This document shows positions 1 to 9,031 of a stretch of 33,060 nt of DNA, in pieces. This stretch comes from an uncultured bacterium (GTDB lineage Bacteria; Hydrogenedentota; Hydrogenedentia; Hydrogenedentales; JAEUWI01). Location: NCBI GenBank assembly GCA_963977445.1, contig CAXBPH010000049.1, forward strand, positions 1 through 33,060. Direction: 5' to 3'. Each line of letters begins with the position of its first letter. Positions within the stretch are counted from its first letter, which is position 1. The notes under the pieces were generated by a model. It had not been told where the DNA came from and did no database searches. It was given only the letters and a program-made list of their open reading frames with translations. The position numbers were made by a program, and so were the translations under genes.

Positions 1-116
1 CTCGTCGTGTTGCAGGCGAAATGGCGGGAGGGAAGCGGGTTCCACGGCTTTGTCAACGATTCCGCCAATTCGGTACCATGGCAACTCCTGTGTTTCAACG
101 TTCAGAAAGTATCCCC

Positions 117-2174
117 ATGTCCCTTGTTTTACGCATTACATCGATTTCATTGCTCCTTGCGGTTACCACCATCGTTTATGCCGACACGCCCGAAGAATTC
201 GCAACAACGGCCGCCCAACTCACCGCATCCAGAGAACACCCTTCCATGTTTGTGACGGCCCAACCGAAAGAGGGCCTGCGTAGCCTTGACGATCTTCGCA
301 ATGGGATTAGGTCAGGCCATGGAAAAGGGCTGTGGGAGGCGCTGTTGGCCCAGGTCGATAAACGGATGGGCACACCGGTCGTTGCGCCCCAGCAGATGAA
401 AGATGGTCAGCCCGTCCTGCTGAACCGGTCCTATACGTTCGTTTCCCAGGCCGCCAACCGAATTCTCGATACCGCACTTGTGGCGCTGGTGTTGGACGAC
501 CGTCGCTATGTCGATGACGTGTTGCCCCAGATTATGTCCCTCTTCGACGAGGCCCAGTGGCCCGAATGGTCAGATCAGGCCCATCTGAATGTAGGACTCC
601 ATGCCGACCTGCGTCATGGCCAGCTGGTTATGCCCGTCGCGCTGGCCTACGATTGGCTCTACCCCCAACTTACCCCGGAGGAACGGGCAGCCATCATCGA
701 GGGGCTGGATCGATGCGCTATCACCCCCTATAAAAAAGGCTATGAGGCCAATGAACATTGGATGCGACGGAGCAGCAACTGGATGACCGTGGTGCTCGGA
801 GGTTTCGGTATTGCCGGCATGGCCCTCGGCCCCGATCACCCCGACAGTGCCATGCTGGTGGCCAACTCGCTGCCCATGATGGAAGCTTATCTCGATGTGC
901 TTGGCCCCGAAGGGGAGTTCAACGAAAGCGTCCAATATGCGGGCTCCATGTCCTCGGTTGTTCGTTACTTTGTCGCCATGCGCTATGCCAGCGGCGGGGC
1001 GGATAATCCCTTTGAACGCCACTCCCTTGAAAAATTCTACACTTGGTACATGCTCATGACCTTCCCACCCGGGCGGGTGGCGGGCTTTGGCGATCCGGCA
1101 CCCGATATGCCGCCGGTTGTGGTGCCCATCGCTGCGGTGGCATCTGCCACACAGAATCCCCAGCTCCAGTGGTTCTACGAGCAATACAACGAAAAAATGC
1201 TTGAATCGCATCGAAATCGTTCCTTGGAATTGCTCTACTACGACGCCAGCCTTCAGGGCGTTTCACCCGACGGCGTCCTGCCGCTGGGTAAGGCCTATCA
1301 CTACCAGGGGCACGTCGTCAGCAGCCGCAGCAGTTGGGACCCCACGCGTTGCGTGTCGGTGGTCTATGGCAAATCCGGCAGGGAGGCCTACCACGGTCAC
1401 GCCGATTGGGGCCAGGTCTGCATCGATGGCTATGGGGAGCGCTTGCTCGTCGACCTCGGCTCAACACCGGGCTACCCCAAAAGCGCCACCGAGCGGTATT
1501 ACAACTACCAACAATACGGTCACAATGTTTTTATGTTTGGTGAAAACGAAACGGGTGGCGTCTCCCTTCGTGAAAAAGGGCGCTATGGCGAAACCGTCTG
1601 GTCGGCCTTTGACGCGGAACGGGGTGCCGCCTGGACGATGGATTTGAGCCACGTCTACGACGAGGGCGCGCAGGTATCCCGGACGGTCGTACACCTGCTT
1701 CCGAATGTGGCGGTTGTCCTAGATACGGCTAAACTCGCTTCGACCGATAAAATCAGCATGCGCTGGCACGTGGCTGGCGAGACCGCTCCAGAGGACGACG
1801 GTAGTTTCGTCGTGGTCGGAAAACAAGGCTCCCTGGTGGGGCGGACCATGCGTCTTGATGGGGAGGCCACCCTGACGGCAAAACACCATGAGTACGTGGC
1901 ACCCTACAATACCCATCGCCTTGGTGCAGAGTTCAAGCAACGAAAGGAACCGTTCCTTGATATGGAGATGACCGACGACCGGTGCCAGCTGTTGAGCCTC
2001 TTTGCGGTCTTCGAATCCGGCAGCGATCTGGGGCGCTGGGAATCGGTGGAGGATGGTTGGAAAATTACCACGGCAGAAGGCCCGGTTGAAGTCAAATTGG
2101 CCGGAAATCGCCTGCTGGTTGAAGGCCCTGGAGAACGAGTCTGGGACGTGGAGACCGTGGTGCCGACCGAGTGA
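117..2174 (+). CDS. Secreted heparinase II/III-family (oligoalginate/polysaccharide lyase-like) protein
   Basis: Long ORF 21..2174. ATG at 117 gives a signal peptide (MSLVLRITSISLLLAVTTIVYA). Helical N-domain with 'SNWMTV' and 'EGEFNESVQY', then a C-terminal 'HGHADWGQ...GERLLVDLG...Y...HN' motif typical of Hepar_II_III domains. Confidence 0.75.
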   Translation: MSLVLRITSISLLLAVTTIVYADTPEEFATTAAQLTASREHPSMFVTAQPKEGLRSLDDLRNGIRSGHGKGLWEALLAQVDKRMGTPVVAPQQMKDGQPVLLNRSYTFVSQAANRILDTALVALVLDDRRYVDDVLPQIMSLFDEAQWPEWSDQAHLNVGLHADLRHGQLVMPVALAYDWLYPQLTPEERAAIIEGLDRCAITPYKKGYEANEHWMRRSSNWMTVVLGGFGIAGMALGPDHPDSAMLVANSLPMMEAYLDVLGPEGEFNESVQYAGSMSSVVRYFVAMRYASGGADNPFERHSLEKFYTWYMLMTFPPGRVAGFGDPAPDMPPVVVPIAAVASATQNPQLQWFYEQYNEKMLESHRNRSLELLYYDASLQGVSPDGVLPLGKAYHYQGHVVSSRSSWDPTRCVSVVYGKSGREAYHGHADWGQVCIDGYGERLLVDLGSTPGYPKSATERYYNYQQYGHNVFMFGENETGGVSLREKGRYGETVWSAFDAERGAAWTMDLSHVYDEGAQVSRTVVHLLPNVAVVLDTAKLASTDKISMRWHVAGETAPEDDGSFVVVGKQGSLVGRTMRLDGEATLTAKHHEYVAPYNTHRLGAEFKQRKEPFLDMEMTDDRCQLLSLFAVFESGSDLGRWESVEDGWKITTAEGPVEVKLAGNRLLVEGPGERVWDVETVVPTE

Positions 2175-2343
2175 GTTTACTCAACGGCGGTCCAGTAACC
2201 GGGTTGTTTGACTTCGGCATGTTTCACTATGAAGCGGTTGCTCGATGTTGAAACAGCAAAGCCCAAGGTTTTTCAGAAGGTGTAGGAGAGAGTGTTTTGT
2301 GTAAGTTGTTTTAATGTAAGTGTTTATGTGTGATGGTGCGCTC

Positions 2344-2360
2344 TTGGCACGATCCTCGCC
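2344..2360 (+). promoter_or_regulatory. Sigma54 (-24/-12) promoter upstream of hsp20
   Basis: TTGGCACGATCCTCGCC: TGGCACG followed by exact GG-N10-GC spacing, about 125 nt upstream of the hsp20 ATG. An AT-rich tract (about 2295-2330) lies just upstream. Confidence 0.65.
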
Positions 2361-2485
2361 TTAGTAAGTTCAGTTAGGGCAACAGCCAATGACTGCGGTA
2401 GAAATCGCTAACCCCTATAGGCGGCGATCAGCCCAGTCTGCAGAGTAAACGGCAACATAAACCGAAACATTGAAGGAGACTTACC

Positions 2486-2932
2486 ATGAGCAACATGACC
2501 TGCACACAGAACACCACCACGTCCCCCTGGGGAGGTTTTCGCGACTTGGAGCACCAGTTGGATCGTATCTTCCACGGTGCCGCGACACCCAGCGCCAGCG
2601 GTTCCTGGGTCCCTGCGATTGACGTCTATGAAACCAACGACGCCTATATGATGGAAGCCGATCTGCCGGGTCTGAAGAAGGAAGATATTGATCTTCAGAT
2701 TATCGAAGACCGGGTAACCCTTCGTGGCTCACGGAAACGCGCCGAACAGACTGACGAGCAAGGCTATCGGCGCTACGAACGGGCGGCCGGCGATTTTGAA
2801 CGGAGCTTCCGCATTCGCGGTGGCGTGGATGCGGAAAAGGTAGAAGCCAAGTTTGAGAACGGCGTCTTGACGGTCACCATGCTCAAACCCGAAGCGACCA
2901 AGCCCCGACATATCGAGGTAAAAGTCAGCTAA
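2486..2932 (+). CDS. Small heat shock protein, Hsp20/alpha-crystallin family
   Basis: SD GAAGGAG before ATG. Motifs 'WVPAIDVYET', 'ADLPGLKKEDI', 'ER..G.F.RSF', 'A.FENGVLTV..K' and C-terminal 'IEV'. Confidence 0.95.
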   Translation: MSNMTCTQNTTTSPWGGFRDLEHQLDRIFHGAATPSASGSWVPAIDVYETNDAYMMEADLPGLKKEDIDLQIIEDRVTLRGSRKRAEQTDEQGYRRYERAAGDFERSFRIRGGVDAEKVEAKFENGVLTVTMLKPEATKPRHIEVKVS

Positions 2933-2954
2933 GTTTTTTCCCAAGACCATGCCT

Positions 2955-3000
2955 GGAGCCCTCCGCTACACCTGTCGTGTAACCGGGGGGCTCCTTTTTT
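2955..3000 (+). terminator. Rho-independent terminator of hsp20
   Basis: GGAGCCCTCCG pairs with CGGGGGGCTCC, with an inner TACAC/GTGTA stem, followed by T6. Confidence 0.85.
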
Positions 3001-3176
3001 CTCTACGTCCCCAGGTTAGGAAGAGTCCTGACGTGTTTTGATTTTTTGCGAAGCGTCCGTCCGTCGCGGGGGTCTTCCCGTCTGGAATTTGCGAACGGAG
3101 CAGGGTGCTGTTAGAGTCACTCGGAAGCAGAATTTTCTCCCCACTGGAAACACCAAACGAGAATTGGATAAGCCCC

Positions 3177-3938
3177 GTGATCGATCGAAAACGCACTTTA
3201 TCCCACGCCGAACTTCTTGAACTCAAACGGTGGAATACGCCAACCATCTACAATGGGTGGGAGCAAATTACCCGCCACGATGCAGCGGAAGAGGGGTTCA
3301 ACCTGGAGGAAAGCACCGACTTCATGCCCCAGATGGGACCCATGGTGGGCTATGCGGTAACGGTGGTCGCCGAGCCGGGCAACCCGGATCATAAAGCCAA
3401 TAATCCCGACGCCCCCGCCGAATATCTTCGCTATGTGGCCTCCATACCGGGACCCAAAATAGTTATCGTGCAGGATTTGGACAAGCCACGGGTACTCGGT
3501 TCGTTTTGGGGTGAGGTGAATGCCAACTGGCACCGGGCGCTCGGGTGTGTCGGCACCATAACCGACGGTGCCATTCGTGATTGGGACGAGATGTGCAACG
3601 CGGGGTTCAAAGCGTTGGCCCAACGATTTTGCGTCGGCCATGCCCACAGTTGGCCCGCCCGCTGGAACTGCGATGTGGAAGTCTTCGGGCGTACGATTCA
3701 ACCGGGCCAGTTGATACATGCCGATAAACATGGCTTTCTGGTCATTCCTGAGGAGGATGAAACGCAGCTGCTGGATGCCGCACGTTTCATGGATGCCAAT
3801 GAGTGCAAGACGGTGATTCCTGCCGGCCGTGACGCCTGTGGTAAAAGTTACGATGAAATTCTTGCCGACATGAAAGCGGCGGGAGCGGCCTTCGGTGCAA
3901 ACGTGAAAGAGAAATTCGGGAATCGGGGAGAGTGGTAG
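3177..3938 (+). CDS. RraA/HMG-aldolase (demethylmenaquinone methyltransferase-like) family protein
   Basis: Motifs 'MVGYAVT', 'WGEVNA..H.ALGCVGTITDGAIRD', 'IQPGQLIHADKHG'. Start is probably GTG 3177 (ORF track start 3105). Confidence 0.85.
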   Translation: MIDRKRTLSHAELLELKRWNTPTIYNGWEQITRHDAAEEGFNLEESTDFMPQMGPMVGYAVTVVAEPGNPDHKANNPDAPAEYLRYVASIPGPKIVIVQDLDKPRVLGSFWGEVNANWHRALGCVGTITDGAIRDWDEMCNAGFKALAQRFCVGHAHSWPARWNCDVEVFGRTIQPGQLIHADKHGFLVIPEEDETQLLDAARFMDANECKTVIPAGRDACGKSYDEILADMKAAGAAFGANVKEKFGNRGEW

Positions 3939-4053
3939 TCAAAGGCCTTCGGGTTGCCTTCGCAGGACACCGGGCCGTATAACAGGGCAGACGACACGTG
4001 AGAAATCTTTAATGAGATACGACGGGTGCGCTATGCCGTCGAAGGGAGTGAAC

Positions 4054-4929
4054 ATGGTTTTCCGTATTATGACTATCGCGATTCTGGTAGGTGTTGCCAC
4101 TACGTCACCGGTTTCTGGAGAGGACTTGGACATCGACCCCGGTGCGGACCATCTGATTACACTGTGGCCCGAGTTGGATGGGGCGTCCCGATACAGCATC
4201 CAGGAAGACCAGGGCGATGGCGTGATTCGACTCTCCAACGTGGAAAATCCCACATTGGCCGTATATCTCGCGCCCCACACCGGCGCAAGCACACCGGCCG
4301 TATTGGTGTGTCCTGGTGGTGGTTATGCGAAACTCGCCTATAACAAAGAAGGTACCGAAGTGGCGGAATGGCTCAATTCACTGGGCATCTCCGCTGCGGT
4401 GCTGAAATACCGCGTGCCGGGCAACCGCGCAGGTGCGTTGGCAGACGCGCAGCGCGCCATGGGCCTGCTGCGACACCATGGGGAGGAATGGCATATTGAC
4501 CCGGAACGGATTGGTATCCTCGGGTTTTCCGCCGGGGGACACCTTGCGGCGTGTGCGAGTAACAATTTTGCCGAACGTAGCTATGTAGCCGTCGACGACG
4601 CGGACGCCTTAAGTAGCCGACCGAACTTTAGCGTCCTGGTCTATCCGGCTTACCTGGGCGGTGCGGATTTGGCGCTCGTGCCCGAGGCACCGGTTTCGGG
4701 CAACACGCCGCCCGCGTTTATCGTGCAGACACAGGATGACAAGCACTACATCGACAGTAGTATTTCTTATTATGTCGCCCTCAAGAATGCGGGAGTCTCG
4801 GGCGAGCTTCACGTCTATCCGAAAGGTGGTCATGGTTACGGGCTGCGTCCTTCGGAGAATGCCGTCTCGACCTGGCCAACCCTGTGCGGACGATGGTTGA
4901 AGACAATTGGCGTGCTTTCCAAAGACTAA
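4054..4929 (+). CDS. Secreted alpha/beta hydrolase (esterase, BD-FAE/xylan esterase-like)
   Basis: SD GGGAG before ATG 4054; signal peptide; 'CPGGGY', nucleophile 'GFSAGGH', Asp in 'QDD', His in 'GGHGYG'. Confidence 0.88.
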   Translation: MVFRIMTIAILVGVATTSPVSGEDLDIDPGADHLITLWPELDGASRYSIQEDQGDGVIRLSNVENPTLAVYLAPHTGASTPAVLVCPGGGYAKLAYNKEGTEVAEWLNSLGISAAVLKYRVPGNRAGALADAQRAMGLLRHHGEEWHIDPERIGILGFSAGGHLAACASNNFAERSYVAVDDADALSSRPNFSVLVYPAYLGGADLALVPEAPVSGNTPPAFIVQTQDDKHYIDSSISYYVALKNAGVSGELHVYPKGGHGYGLRPSENAVSTWPTLCGRWLKTIGVLSKD

Positions 4930-7343
4930 TGGGCATCGCCGGGAGGGGTCGATGGCGAAGCATCCGATTTGCCTGTCGGAAGGTCCTCCAGGTATCGGGA
5001 TAGGAGTTCGCGGAGCGGCCCGATTTTTACTGGTTTACTCAGGTAGTCGGACATGCCGGCCTGCAAGCACTGCTCCCGTGAGCCTGGGAGAGCGTTCGCG
5101 GTGAGCGCAACAATTGGTGTGGTCTCGTGTGCGGGCAGCAGTCGGATTGCGCGGGTCGCAGCGTATCCATCCATCACGGGCATTTCGCAATCCATCAATA
5201 TGACGTCATAGGCCGATTTCGCGGCAGCGTCGACAGCCTCCTGGCCGTTATTTACAGAATCCGCACGTAAATTGAGCCGGTCAAGCATCTTGACGGCGAC
5301 CTTCTGATTCACTATGTTGTCGTCGGCAACTAAGATACGAGGGCGTTCCGATTTTTCGAGCTCGATAACGGTGTGACGGGTCAGCATGTCCGTGCTGGTC
5401 TCCGTGCCCGTCGTAGCGCTTCGGGAAGACTTGGCCTTGTTTATCATGCAACGAAGACATTCCAATAGACTCTTTTCAGTGACGGGCATGGGTAAATAGG
5501 CGGAAAATCCGGCTTCACTTGCCAACCGTGCCTGACCGCGTTGGCTCATCGTGGAAAGCAATAACATGTCAAGGGGGCGGTCATTGGAGAGTTTCGATAA
5601 TTGATGACCAAGCTCCAGACCGTTCATCTCTGGCATTTGGAATTCGATGATAGCCAAGTCGAAATGCCGCCCTTCGTTTTGCTCCGCCTGCACCCGGGCC
5701 AACGCAAGGCTGGGGCGGTCAACAAGCGTAACTTCCATCCCCACGGCAGCTAGCTGTTGGACCATCTGATCTTGGTGGGGCTCGGTATGATCCACAACGA
5801 GGACTCGCTTTCCTTGAAACACGTCCTCTGAAATGGGGCTACGTTCATTCTTGCGATCAACGATGGGGAATTCGACAGTAAACCAGAATTCTGCCCCCTC
5901 GCCTTCCTTGCTTTTTACCCCGATTTCTCCATTCATACGCTCAACGAGATTCTTGCATATGGAAAGGCCGAGCCCCGTACCACCATACTTCCGCATCGTA
6001 GATGCGTCTGCCTGAATAAATCGTTTGAAGATATGGACTACCTTGTCGGCAGGTATTCCAATGCCCGAGTCCTTGACGGATATGTAAAGTCGGAGCGAGG
6101 AACTATCCTCAGACAGGACGTTTGTACGCAGAACGATCTCACCAGAATCAGTGAACTTCAGGGCATTCGTGAGAAGATTTAATATTATTTGTCGGAGTCG
6201 ACCTGGATCGCCTTCCACGCAGTGGGGAAGGGGAGATTCAAAGAGGCAATACAGCTCTATATCCTTGGCGGAAGCTTGCTTGCCGAGGATGTCGATACAG
6301 TCCTCGATAGTATTTCGAATGTCGAAGGAAATACGTTCGAATTCGAGTTTTCCGGATTCTATTTTTGAGAAATCGAGGATGTCGTTGACAATGGATAGCA
6401 GGCGATCCGCAGATTGTTGAATGATTCGCGCATATTCTTCCTGCTCATTTTGCAAGCCGGAATCACAAAGCAATTCCGATATGCCGATGATGCCATTCAT
6501 GGGCGTGCGAATTTCATGACTCATGGTGGCTAGAAAATCGGACTTGGCCTCGTTTGCGGACTGGGCCTCTTTTGCCAGAATTTCCGCCCGTACCGTCGCC
6601 TCAATGAGGTCCATGTTCTGTTTGCGCAACGACGCCTGCGCGGTGGCAAGTTGAAGACGTTCTTCTTCCAATTCGCTGGTACGCGCCTCAACTTCCCGCT
6701 CGATCGTTGTGTTGGTAGCCTGAAGTTTTGCTTTTTGATCCGCCTCCAGCCGCATGTCTCGCTGGCCGAGCAGGCATTGCCAGATTAGGAAAATGTCTTC
6801 AAACACAACCCAGGCGGCGTGTTCTACCCATCGCCATTGCGGCGCGGTGACCACGCCAAAAATGGATTGGGGCCAAAAGTAACTTCGAACTACGTGGTCG
6901 ACAGTCACCACGACCGAGGCTGTCAGGAGGACGCGCCAGTCGCGATACATGGCCAGAAAAGCAAGTGAGCCGAAGATGTGAAAATGAGTCTCGATGCGTC
7001 CACCCGTCAGATGAATGAGCAGGGCCCCCATAATCATTTGACCGGCCGCAATAATGTGACGGGTGAATGGCTCACCGGGTCGGGTCAGCGCCAGAAATAC
7101 GGGATAGAATGTGGCTATGCCCCCCAGGAATATGGCGGCTATGAGATGAGGGTGCAGCCGACTGTCTATACCCGACCATGTCAGCGGGGTCAGCCAGAGC
7201 GCTGCTGCGATGGCCAGAATCCATTGGATTGGCATGAGTATGACAAAACTCTGGTCGACCCGTCGGCACAAACGTCCGAATGACTCTTGCCAGAGGGTAC
7301 GTCCGTCTTCGTGGAACGTTTCCGTAGTGGTGGCTGAGGTCAT
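4926..7343 (-). CDS. Hybrid sensor histidine kinase (His-rich membrane sensor, coiled coil, HisKA, HATPase, two receiver domains); RedC-like input domain
   Basis: H-box '[15 protein letters not shown]', N-box '[15 protein letters not shown]', G-boxes 'DSGIGI' and 'GGTGLGL'; degenerate REC1 and intact REC2 ('ADDN', 'LMDCEMP', 'YLSKPV'). Start is probably ATG 7343 (MTSATT), 7 nt after the upstream gene's stop. Confidence 0.93.
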   Translation of the reverse strand: MTSATTTETFHEDGRTLWQESFGRLCRRVDQSFVILMPIQWILAIAAALWLTPLTWSGIDSRLHPHLIAAIFLGGIATFYPVFLALTRPGEPFTRHIIAAGQMIMGALLIHLTGGRIETHFHIFGSLAFLAMYRDWRVLLTASVVVTVDHVVRSYFWPQSIFGVVTAPQWRWVEHAAWVVFEDIFLIWQCLLGQRDMRLEADQKAKLQATNTTIEREVEARTSELEEERLQLATAQASLRKQNMDLIEATVRAEILAKEAQSANEAKSDFLATMSHEIRTPMNGIIGISELLCDSGLQNEQEEYARIIQQSADRLLSIVNDILDFSKIESGKLEFERISFDIRNTIEDCIDILGKQASAKDIELYCLFESPLPHCVEGDPGRLRQIILNLLTNALKFTDSGEIVLRTNVLSEDSSSLRLYISVKDSGIGIPADKVVHIFKRFIQADASTMRKYGGTGLGLSICKNLVERMNGEIGVKSKEGEGAEFWFTVEFPIVDRKNERSPISEDVFQGKRVLVVDHTEPHQDQMVQQLAAVGMEVTLVDRPSLALARVQAEQNEGRHFDLAIIEFQMPEMNGLELGHQLSKLSNDRPLDMLLLSTMSQRGQARLASEAGFSAYLPMPVTEKSLLECLRCMINKAKSSRSATTGTETSTDMLTRHTVIELEKSERPRILVADDNIVNQKVAVKMLDRLNLRADSVNNGQEAVDAAAKSAYDVILMDCEMPVMDGYAATRAIRLLPAHETTPIVALTANALPGSREQCLQAGMSDYLSKPVKIGPLRELLSRYLEDLPTGKSDASPSTPPGDAH

Positions 7344-7350
7344 GAGTTCA

Positions 7351-8085
7351 TCACGATGGCGTTTCCTTTTGGGGGGCGGCAACGGGGCATCCAAATACCG
7401 GGATACCTGTCCGGGGGGAGGTGTCGCCCTGTGCGATGGCTTCCAAGGCAAGGCTCCCGTAGCTCGTCCCTGCGTGCCCCCGCGATGCGGTAATACCGCC
7501 TTCATAAATTAGCCGACCATCCGGACCATAGACCAGAGTGGTGCCGGATAATACTACGCCAAAGGTGTTGGTTATCGAAGCGCTATCGTCTTCGATTATT
7601 TCAGCGTGGGGCAGACGTTGGGCTGCGCTGTGGTTGCTGCCGAAAAGCCAGCCCGTTGGAGCTCTCGAGGGCACGGGGAAGACCACATAGGTCTGATAGC
7701 TTGAAGGGTTACGGCTGAGTACACGGTCCAGTTCCGAAATGCTTGCGGCGGTGCAGGGGCATCGGGGGTGTACGAAGAACAGGAGTGTAGGGCCTTGTTT
7801 TGAGGAAAGTAGTGGGATGTCATCGGGCCAGTACGCGGGAGAATTCGTGTCGGTAGTGCCCGAGAATTCGTAGGTGTAGAGTCCGAAAAAGCCTACCGCA
7901 AGGCCCGTGAGCCAAAGAAGAAATATTGCCACGTGATACGAAGCGTAGCCATTCGGTCTGGAAGGGGGGGCGAGTTGGGCAGATCCTGCGTCTTGGAGAG
8001 GAGAAAGATTGACGTGGACACGGGGTAGCCTTAGCAACCAGTAACGGTGATACATGTCTACAGAAATCTGCCTCATGGGCCTCAC
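7351..8085 (-). CDS. Membrane-anchored thioredoxin-fold protein with CxC motif (RedB-like)
   Basis: N-terminal TM segment ([19 protein letters not shown]), '[19 protein letters not shown]', '[15 protein letters not shown]', 'VFGCP'. Resembles proteins I recall being annotated RedB. True start uncertain and may lie downstream of 8085. Confidence 0.75.
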   Translation of the reverse strand: MRPMRQISVDMYHRYWLLRLPRVHVNLSPLQDAGSAQLAPPSRPNGYASYHVAIFLLWLTGLAVGFFGLYTYEFSGTTDTNSPAYWPDDIPLLSSKQGPTLLFFVHPRCPCTAASISELDRVLSRNPSSYQTYVVFPVPSRAPTGWLFGSNHSAAQRLPHAEIIEDDSASITNTFGVVLSGTTLVYGPDGRLIYEGGITASRGHAGTSYGSLALEAIAQGDTSPRTGIPVFGCPVAAPQKETPS

Positions 8086-8316
8086 ATGTATTTTTTGTAT
8101 GCCCCTCCTGATAACCAGTTTAGCACAACGCTACGGTGTTTTCGTGTTTTGAACTGATTGATCAAGAGTTATTTTGCTTTGAGTAGTTTTTCGATGCTTG
8201 CAGACCGCTGAATTTGGATATGCCTGCACGAAATCATCCATCCGTAGACGTGTTAACATGCATATTTACGCGAAAAAGACACGAGCTCAAGGTCGAGACG
8301 AATGCACTCATGGCGT

Positions 8317-8345
8317 TTGCCTTCCGTATAGTTGAATTGTATAAT
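8317..8345 (+). promoter_or_regulatory. Sigma70 promoter of the TetR-RND operon
   Basis: TTGCCT (8317-8322), 17-bp spacer, TATAAT (8340-8345). Confidence 0.75.
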
Positions 8346-8364
8346 TCAACTGGACGATTGAATT
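8330..8364 (+). promoter_or_regulatory. Operator palindromes overlapping the -10 box (probable TetR autoregulatory site)
   Basis: AGTTGAATT-GTAT-AATTCAACT (perfect 9-bp inverted repeat) plus overlapping AATTCAA-N8-TTGAATT. Confidence 0.7.
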
Positions 8365-8384
8365 TGGAGTGGGAGGGATTACGG

Positions 8385-9029
8385 TTGCGCAAAGACGGGG
8401 AATCAACACGAGGACGAATACTGGATGCGGCGCTGCAGCTTTTTGGTGAGAAAGGCTTCTATCACACCACCAATGCGGAAGTTTGTGAATCAGCCCAGGC
8501 CAATATTGCGGCCATCAATTATCACTTTCGCACGAAGGAACAACTCTACAAAGAAGTTTGCCAATACGCGATTGCATCCATCAACGAATTGTATCCGCCA
8601 GAGGGAATTGTCGAGCCTGCCATGTCACCGGAGGGGCGATTACGCGCCCACATTGCGTCGTTGATCATGCGATCACGTGTAACAGGTTCCTTGCGCTACT
8701 ACCACAACTTGCGGATGATGGAGACCTTCAATCCGACGGGGCTTGTCGATGAGATTTGGCAGGACTGGTTTCGTCAGCACACAGACGTCTCCATGAAAAT
8801 TATTCGTAAGCTGGTCGGGCCCGGGGCGCAGGAAGTGGATGTTGCCCGGTGCCAACTCAGTCTTGCGGGACAGTGTTACTTAGCGAATTCTATGTACATC
8901 TCTGGCAAATACGTCAAGGATGGAGGCAACCACCTGGACGACGAGCAGGCGGTAATTGATCATATATATATTTTTACCTGTGCTGGTATTCAGGCGGCAA
9001 TAGATAAAATTAAAGCAAGGACCCGTTAA
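8385..9029 (+). CDS. TetR-family regulator with CerR/DUF1956-type C-terminal domain
   Basis: 'TRGRILDAALQLFGEKGFYHTTNAEVCESAQANIAAINYHFRTKEQLY' TetR HTH; 'E..NPTG'; 'IDHIYIFTCAGI'. TTG 8385 follows SD GGAGGG and lies downstream of the promoter. Confidence 0.9.
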   Translation: MRKDGESTRGRILDAALQLFGEKGFYHTTNAEVCESAQANIAAINYHFRTKEQLYKEVCQYAIASINELYPPEGIVEPAMSPEGRLRAHIASLIMRSRVTGSLRYYHNLRMMETFNPTGLVDEIWQDWFRQHTDVSMKIIRKLVGPGAQEVDVARCQLSLAGQCYLANSMYISGKYVKDGGNHLDDEQAVIDHIYIFTCAGIQAAIDKIKARTR

Positions 9030-9031
9030 AT

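Noticed and set aside
7344..7505. N-terminal 54-aa extension of the histidine kinase ORF
   Set aside because: Overlaps the redB-like 3' end in another frame; ATG 7343 right after the redB stop is the more plausible start.
8119..8145. TTAGCAC as a CIRCE element
   Set aside because: The matching right arm (GAGTGCTAA) is absent.
8214..8384. Upstream extension of the TetR ORF
   Set aside because: Contains the promoter and operator; the HTH begins right after TTG 8385, which has a good SD.
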